IMG/VR virus record: IMGVR_UViG_3300012988_000001 | Location: 248,001 to 312,000 of that record | Length of the DNA: 64,000 nt | Reading direction: 5' to 3' (one strand) | In this document: positions 59,146 through 64,000 of the stretch, in pieces | Layout: each line of letters begins with the position of its first letter | Numbering within the stretch: position 1 is the stretch's first letter | Made by a program: the position numbers and the translations under genes | Notes under the pieces: generated by a model | Seen by the model: only the letters and a program-made list of their open reading frames with translations | Databases searched by the model: none | Told to the model about the DNA's origin: nothing

Positions 59146-59177
59146 TGTACTAAATACTCCTTTAAGTAGGAGTAAAT

Positions 59178-59528
59178 ATGTTCAGTACACATCTTAAAGT
59201 TGAACTAATAAACAACAAAGGTAAGAAATGGAAAGTACTAGAGGACTTGACATACCATAGCGATTACGGTATGATCACTGTGCCAAAAGACTTCCAGACT
59301 GACTTTGCTAGCGTCCCTCGTATCCCTGTGGTTTTCGAACTTGTAGGTGACAGAGGCCACGCAGCAGCAACCGTACACGATTGGTTATACCAACATGGTG
59401 ACCTATCGAGGAAGCAAGCCGATTTAGTACTTCGTCAAGCATTACGCGATACGAATGTAGGAAAGGCTAGATCGTATGTAATGTACTATGGAGTACGTGC
59501 ATTCGGATGGTTGTTCTTCAAAAAATAA
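59178..59528 (+). CDS. DUF1353-family protein
   Basis: TVPKDFQTDFASVPR, AAATVHDWLY, RKQADL, YYGVRAFGW. Confidence 0.8.
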   Translation: MFSTHLKVELINNKGKKWKVLEDLTYHSDYGMITVPKDFQTDFASVPRIPVVFELVGDRGHAAATVHDWLYQHGDLSRKQADLVLRQALRDTNVGKARSYVMYYGVRAFGWLFFKK

Positions 59529-59542
59529 AGTTAGAGCGGTTG

Positions 59543-59692
59543 TAGCCAGTACAGGGCAGTACGTAGGAGTAGTGACCTATTAGTATCCTGTGGTCTTAAT
59601 AGACTTTCACGAGGTCAGTACATACGTTAGTCACTTTTCGTATGTAGGAATAAAGCTGATAAAAAATGAGTAAGTATACCATTCACTGGTTA
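59543..59692 (+). ncRNA. Candidate structured ncRNA
   Basis: TAGCCAGT/ACTGGTTA closing stem; TGACCT/AGGTCA, CTATTA/TAATAG, TACATACG/CGTATGTA. Confidence 0.45.
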
Positions 59693-59709
59693 GGGTGGGC
59701 TTACGTCTT

Positions 59710-59785
59710 GCGGTAGTAGCTCAGATGGTAGAGCGGGAGTTTTCCAAACTTCAGGTCTTCGGTTCGAAACCGAATTATCGCTCCA
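59710..59785 (+). tRNA. tRNA-Gly(TCC)
   Basis: GCGGTAG/TTATCGC, U73; GGAGT-TTTCCAA-ACTTC; CCA. Confidence 0.88.
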
Positions 59786-59796
59786 CGAGGTAAAAT

Positions 59797-60345
59797 ATGT
59801 ATAATAAGAAGATAGAAATATCTGGCATTAACAATGGTTACCAATATTTTATTGATTATGAACATCCATTAGCAACCGGAAATTCAGGAAGGGTGTATTT
59901 ACACCGTCACATCGCATCAATTAAAATTAGTCGATGGGTTACTGGTAATGAACATGTTCACCATATTGATGAAAACAAACTTAATAATGATGAAGTTAAT
60001 TTGGAAGTACTATCAGATCTTGAACATCGTCGTTTACATTGGAAAGAAAGAAATAATTTGCCAGATGATTACGAATGGTTTGATTCTGAAATTATTCCAT
60101 GTAATTGGTGCTCAGAATTATTTCAAACGAAATATAAAGATCACATGTATTGTTCTATTAGTTGCGGATCATTAGCACAACCACAAAAATTCCCAATTGA
60201 TAAAGATATATTATCCGAATTGATTTGGAAAATGCCAGCCACTGAGATAGCCAAAATATATGGTTGCTCTGATAAAACCATCGGTAAAAAATGTAACCGA
60301 TATAATATAACCAAACCACCACGCGGTTATTGGTTGCGTAAATAA
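59797..60345 (+). CDS. HNH homing endonuclease with Zn finger and HTH
   Basis: YLHRHIA...HVHHIDENKLNN...NLEVL; CNWC/YCSISC; KPPRGYW. Confidence 0.85.
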   Translation: MYNKKIEISGINNGYQYFIDYEHPLATGNSGRVYLHRHIASIKISRWVTGNEHVHHIDENKLNNDEVNLEVLSDLEHRRLHWKERNNLPDDYEWFDSEIIPCNWCSELFQTKYKDHMYCSISCGSLAQPQKFPIDKDILSELIWKMPATEIAKIYGCSDKTIGKKCNRYNITKPPRGYWLRK

Positions 60346-60358
60346 CAGGAGAATACAA

Positions 60359-60616
60359 ATGAAGTTTTCCAAGATTTTAGAAGAATTACAAGCGTCATGG
60401 AAAAATGGCGTATACGTTGACCTTCCAGAGTACCGCAGTAATGAACGCATTTATGTTCATCGCAGTGGTAAACTCTTCCACGTTAAATCACAATACGGAG
60501 GTCCATTGTGGTGTATTCCAACTGAATTAACCAGCTACGAGAAGGAAGACAGCCGTTGGCAAGTCAACCCACTTCAAAGCAACAAACTACCAGAGAAATT
60601 CTCTGAAGGTTGGTAA
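60359..60616 (+). CDS. Hypothetical protein
   Basis: AGGAG RBS. Confidence 0.65.
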   Translation: MKFSKILEELQASWKNGVYVDLPEYRSNERIYVHRSGKLFHVKSQYGGPLWCIPTELTSYEKEDSRWQVNPLQSNKLPEKFSEGW

Positions 60617-60682
60617 CAGATCTCTCCCGGCAGTGATGATATATTACAAAAGCTGCCATCCCCATAACGTAAGTTATGTTTT

Positions 60683-60716
60683 GCCGATAGTATGATCATC
60701 TACTATCGGCTTTTTT
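60683..60716 (+). terminator. Terminator, preceded by two small hairpins
   Basis: GCCGATAGTA/TACTATCGGC plus T run. Confidence 0.75.
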
Positions 60717-60734
60717 CTTATCTGGAGAAAGAAA

Positions 60735-61223
60735 ATGAACACTAAGAATCTAGCAAAGTACGTAATGCGTAGATGTAAACTATTAAGTACTTTTAATGCT
60801 GACATGTGGAGTAATAAGGTAGATAATAAATTCCATGCTGGACGTGTATTCAACACAGCTAAAATACCAGCAGGAACGGTGCGTCAATCCCTTTATATGA
60901 GTACTGACGGTACTATCTATATGGGAATCCTTGATTGTGATCCGGGATTTGGGAATGATGAAATTGAACTAGATATTGAGTACAATTTCGATACTCGTGT
61001 TATTACCTTAAATTATAATAACATTACTCTTCAAGAAGCATATGAAGACATGGAAGATGATGAAGAAGATTGCTTTACTGTTTCTTATGAACTTACTGAT
61101 TCCGAAGCAGAGTACTTCCAAACTAGCTTAGTTGAAGATCCTATGTTTGAATTTGAAGATGAATTAATGATGATTACATTCTTTGAAACAATTCGTGAAC
61201 GTTTCTATAAGGTTAAATCATGA
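60735..61223 (+). CDS. Hypothetical protein, FQ-motif family
   Basis: DSEAEYFQTSLVED. Confidence 0.75.
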   Translation: MNTKNLAKYVMRRCKLLSTFNADMWSNKVDNKFHAGRVFNTAKIPAGTVRQSLYMSTDGTIYMGILDCDPGFGNDEIELDIEYNFDTRVITLNYNNITLQEAYEDMEDDEEDCFTVSYELTDSEAEYFQTSLVEDPMFEFEDELMMITFFETIRERFYKVKS

Positions 61224-61729
61224 AGAATATTACAACACCAGATCGCAAGGCATTTGATTTGATTATGGGATTTATCGAAGATTACGATTGCTGTAATATG
61301 GCAACGTATGATTCAGTAATACACCACAATAACGCTCTAAACAATGAACAGTACTACAATTCTGAACGTACTGATATGCATTGTTTTAAATCTAGTCTTG
61401 GTAATCATCCATTAGAAGTAACACTAAAATTTGGAACACAGGAAGATATGAGTTTCCTCATCTATCCAAAGAATGAGAATGGTATACGTCTTATCAACTT
61501 CATGTACAATTTTGATGATGCTAATGGTGATGAAGAATGGTATGAGAAGTCAAACCATTGGTGGGCTGATTTTTGTATTGAATTGTATGATACAGAGGAA
61601 GAATACTTCCAAGCTAGTACGGTTGATGATCTACTTCTAACTCCAGAGGAAAACCAAATGTTTATTGATTTCAATAATGCATTTACCCAACATTTGATCA
61701 AACGCATAGGAGAAAAACACTATGGATAA
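61220..61729 (+). CDS. Hypothetical protein, FQ-motif family
   Basis: DTEEEYFQASTVDD. Confidence 0.75.
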   Translation: MKNITTPDRKAFDLIMGFIEDYDCCNMATYDSVIHHNNALNNEQYYNSERTDMHCFKSSLGNHPLEVTLKFGTQEDMSFLIYPKNENGIRLINFMYNFDDANGDEEWYEKSNHWWADFCIELYDTEEEYFQASTVDDLLLTPEENQMFIDFNNAFTQHLIKRIGEKHYG

Positions 61730-61946
61730 TCAACACCGTAAAATTACAGGCTATCGTGAACTAAGTGCAGAAGAGATTGCACTCATGAATGAAGTCAAAG
61801 AAATGAGTGCTCAAGTAGGGCAGTTAATTGAGAAACTACACTCAACCCCAGACGTTGACAAACGCTGGCTAAATATTGCCAAGACAGATTTACAGAAAGG
61901 CTTCATGAGTGCTGTACGCAGCGTTGCAAAGCCTGATTCATTCTAA
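61722..61946 (+). CDS. acb2: Anti-CBASS protein Acb2 (cyclic oligonucleotide sponge)
   Basis: MDNQHRKITGYRELSAEEIALMNEVKE...RWLNIAKTDLQKGFMSAVRSVAKPDSF closely follows the Acb2 sequence pattern (from recall). Confidence 0.85.
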   Translation: MDNQHRKITGYRELSAEEIALMNEVKEMSAQVGQLIEKLHSTPDVDKRWLNIAKTDLQKGFMSAVRSVAKPDSF

Positions 61947-61955
61947 GGATAGAAT

Positions 61956-62636
61956 ATGGACAATTACGAACACACCCCCGGTGGTAAACCTTTTGACGAT
62001 TTAGATGCGTATTTCGATGATGACCATCTATCAGAAGAAGATAAAAAACTACTTGCTGAACTAGATGCGATCGATGTTAATACAGCAGAACTAGCAGTAG
62101 AGTTTACCGACCGTGACCTAGTACATAATAGTATGCTAATGGGTCGTATGGCTAAACTAAAAGGCCACGCTAATAACGTAGACTGTTGCTCTTACACTTA
62201 CGTAATCAACGTATATCAGAAAGACCCCGCCGCAAGTACTTTTAAGTACACTCGTGTATATGAATTCGCTGATAATGTATCCATCTCTCTAATGGAACTA
62301 TTCAGTACTCAAGGTTGTAACTTCATCAAGCGTAGTACCACACAGTGCTTTGGTGCTGATGAACTACATAACCCACACATTGAACTTGAACAACGTGCAG
62401 TTTATGTGTATGATTTAATTGTTCCAGAAGGTTTTGATATTGATGCAACGCATTATCATTACTTCTCTCACATCATTTCGTTTGAACCGTGGGAACAAAT
62501 TGAGGAACATTGGAATTCTGAACTCGAAGATGGTTGGGTTGACAGTCTCCCTGACCACCGCCACCTAGTTCTTCACAGCACGTCACCGCACCAGCTTGAC
62601 ACACGCAGTGCTATCTACATCCGTGACATAAAATAG
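61956..62636 (+). CDS. Hypothetical acidic protein
   Basis: AGGA RBS. Confidence 0.7.
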   Translation: MDNYEHTPGGKPFDDLDAYFDDDHLSEEDKKLLAELDAIDVNTAELAVEFTDRDLVHNSMLMGRMAKLKGHANNVDCCSYTYVINVYQKDPAASTFKYTRVYEFADNVSISLMELFSTQGCNFIKRSTTQCFGADELHNPHIELEQRAVYVYDLIVPEGFDIDATHYHYFSHIISFEPWEQIEEHWNSELEDGWVDSLPDHRHLVLHSTSPHQLDTRSAIYIRDIK

Positions 62637-62695
62637 TTGACACCGAGCCTGTACTGATGTAAAATTGGTACAGGCTTTTTAATTGGAGGATTCCT

Positions 62696-63178
62696 ATGTT
62701 TGTCGAAGCAGCCTTTATGGAGCAACTTGATATGCTCCCAATTCCCACGGACAAGGCACAGGTACGCTTTGATCCACCGGACAGCACTCACTACCGTGAC
62801 GGTCCCGGACACCCTAGCATGTATATCCTGAATGCACCACTGAAGACGTACTTCTATAGTACTGAAACGATGTGCTTCCTATCTCTAGATCTCAATGAAG
62901 AAATATCTTATAACTTCACTTGGTGGTTTGCGGATAATAAATTTGCAGCGAGCCTTGTTGATCTAAATGAATTGTACTGTGAGGACACCGTACCAATTCG
63001 CGATACTATCAAGTTTGGTATATTCCACGATACCGAGGAAGAACATTTCCAAAAGGATTGCCATAAAGGTACTCCACTATCCTGGGATGCTGAACAGTTA
63101 GTACAGAAGAAGTTAACGGCACTAGCTGATTTCTATCTTAACCAGTACTATAACAATTTCCTAGTAAGGAGTGAATGA
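62696..63178 (+). CDS. Hypothetical protein, FQ-motif family
   Basis: DTEEEHFQKDC; GGAGG RBS. Confidence 0.7.
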   Translation: MFVEAAFMEQLDMLPIPTDKAQVRFDPPDSTHYRDGPGHPSMYILNAPLKTYFYSTETMCFLSLDLNEEISYNFTWWFADNKFAASLVDLNELYCEDTVPIRDTIKFGIFHDTEEEHFQKDCHKGTPLSWDAEQLVQKKLTALADFYLNQYYNNFLVRSE

Positions 63179-63600
63179 TGTTTGATTTGCTATCACCTAA
63201 AGTACTTGAGATTACACGCCAGCGTTTATTAGGTCTTTCAAAAACTGAGATCTTTGCAGCACAACCAGAGCTACGTGAAGAACGCAATGAGTTCTTAATG
63301 AACTACGGCGATCAAGGCCGTGCTTATTACTTTGACTTCAACATTGATCTCGAAGATGGTTCGCGTGGTATTGAAGGATGTATCTCTGAAGATACTTTCA
63401 AGTTCACAGAGTACACCAGTAAAGATGAAAAGATCTTCAAGTTGGATATTCGTAAGCTACCATCTAAGATGGGTGAAGATGAATTCTTCCAGTACTCTCT
63501 AGTTACAGACATTGGGGATTTGACAGTAGAGCAGCTTCATGCTATTCTTGTAATCCGTGATATCATCCGTGAAGAAAAAATTGATTGGGGTGTAAAATGA
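63175..63600 (+). CDS. Hypothetical protein, FQ-motif family
   Basis: MGEDEFFQYSLVTD. Confidence 0.75.
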   Translation: MMFDLLSPKVLEITRQRLLGLSKTEIFAAQPELREERNEFLMNYGDQGRAYYFDFNIDLEDGSRGIEGCISEDTFKFTEYTSKDEKIFKLDIRKLPSKMGEDEFFQYSLVTDIGDLTVEQLHAILVIRDIIREEKIDWGVK

Positions 63601-63750
63601 AAGATAAACTAGAGAGCTATTTGTTTGTACTCGTGTTCATTTGGATGTGTCTGAAAGAAACAGTACTTAATACTCCTTGGATGCTTTTTGTACTGGGTAT
63701 CATCGTAGCAACCGGTTTCGCATATTTTGTCGGAATTATTTAAAAAACTT

Positions 63751-63779
63751 GGGACAAAATGAACTTTTTGTCCTATAAT
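63751..63779 (+). promoter_or_regulatory. GGGACA-class promoter with internal inverted repeat
   Basis: GGGACAAAA-TGAACT-TTTTGTCC-TATAAT. Confidence 0.75.
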
Positions 63780-63785
63780 ATAAGT

Positions 63786-63881
63786 ACAGGAAGGGATGGG
63801 TCATCGGGACCGTAGAAAGCGAAGGGTGCAATGAGCGACGGCAATAGATGCATATAGTAGTGGCTTTAGGAACCTTCCTGT
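63786..63881 (+). ncRNA. Promoter-proximal structured RNA candidate
   Basis: ACAGGAAGG/CCTTCCTGT closing stem; no ORF. Confidence 0.45.
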
Positions 63882-63888
63882 GAAATTT

Positions 63889-63971
63889 CGTTGAGTAGCT
63901 TAAGGGAGAGCCGCAGGTAATAACGATAAGGTCACCTGTCAGCGTGGATTAAAACACCACCTCAACAACAC
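63889..63971 (+). ncRNA. Degenerate tRNA-like RNA with an enlarged anticodon loop
   Basis: GTTGAG/CTCAAC; D-arm GCTT/GAGC; GCAGGT-15 nt-ACCTGT; GTGG/CCAC; no CCA. Confidence 0.5.
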
Positions 63972-63976
63972 AATTT

Positions 63977-64000
63977 GGAATCCAACAGCAATTTAATCAT
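63977..64000 (+). repeat. AACAGCAA stem-loop element, copy 5 (truncated by the window)
   Basis: GGAATCC-AACAGCAA-TTTAA matches copies 2-4. Confidence 0.55.

Overview
AT-rich (roughly 35-37% GC by eye), almost entirely + strand segment of a large lytic myophage genome. Gene content suggests a distant T4 relative of the RaK2/GAP32/PBECO4-like jumbo-phage type; this is inference and no search was run. Bases 1-12.8 kb are a core block: two type II topoisomerase subunits, a putative late virion protein, a stand-alone DnaE (Pol III alpha) fragment, GroES, a clamp-loader ATPase and a HAD nucleotidase. The remaining 51 kb is accessory: TelA, a DEDDh exonuclease, NADAR-like and ADP-ribosylglycohydrolase genes, SPFH, Pth2, the anti-CBASS sponge Acb2, five HNH endonucleases each next to a tRNA, about 11 canonical tRNAs and around 100 small hypothetical genes. 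Main unexplained signals: (1) about 19 small proteins with unrelated N-termini that share one C-terminal motif, acidic-F-Q-x-S-(T/L)-V-x-D plus a helix, suggesting an adaptor/docking system; (2) about 11 non-canonical tRNA-like RNAs, most ending in CCA, with rebuilt or missing anticodon arms; (3) five copies of a stem-AACAGCAA-loop-stem element among the tRNAs; (4) a promoter-driven structured non-coding region of about 360-500 nt; (5) a coiled-coil gene followed by a stem-enclosed TTG-rich RNA; (6) a promoter class with -35 GGGACA; (7) strong over-representation of AGTACT together with a rare tRNA-Ser(ACT).
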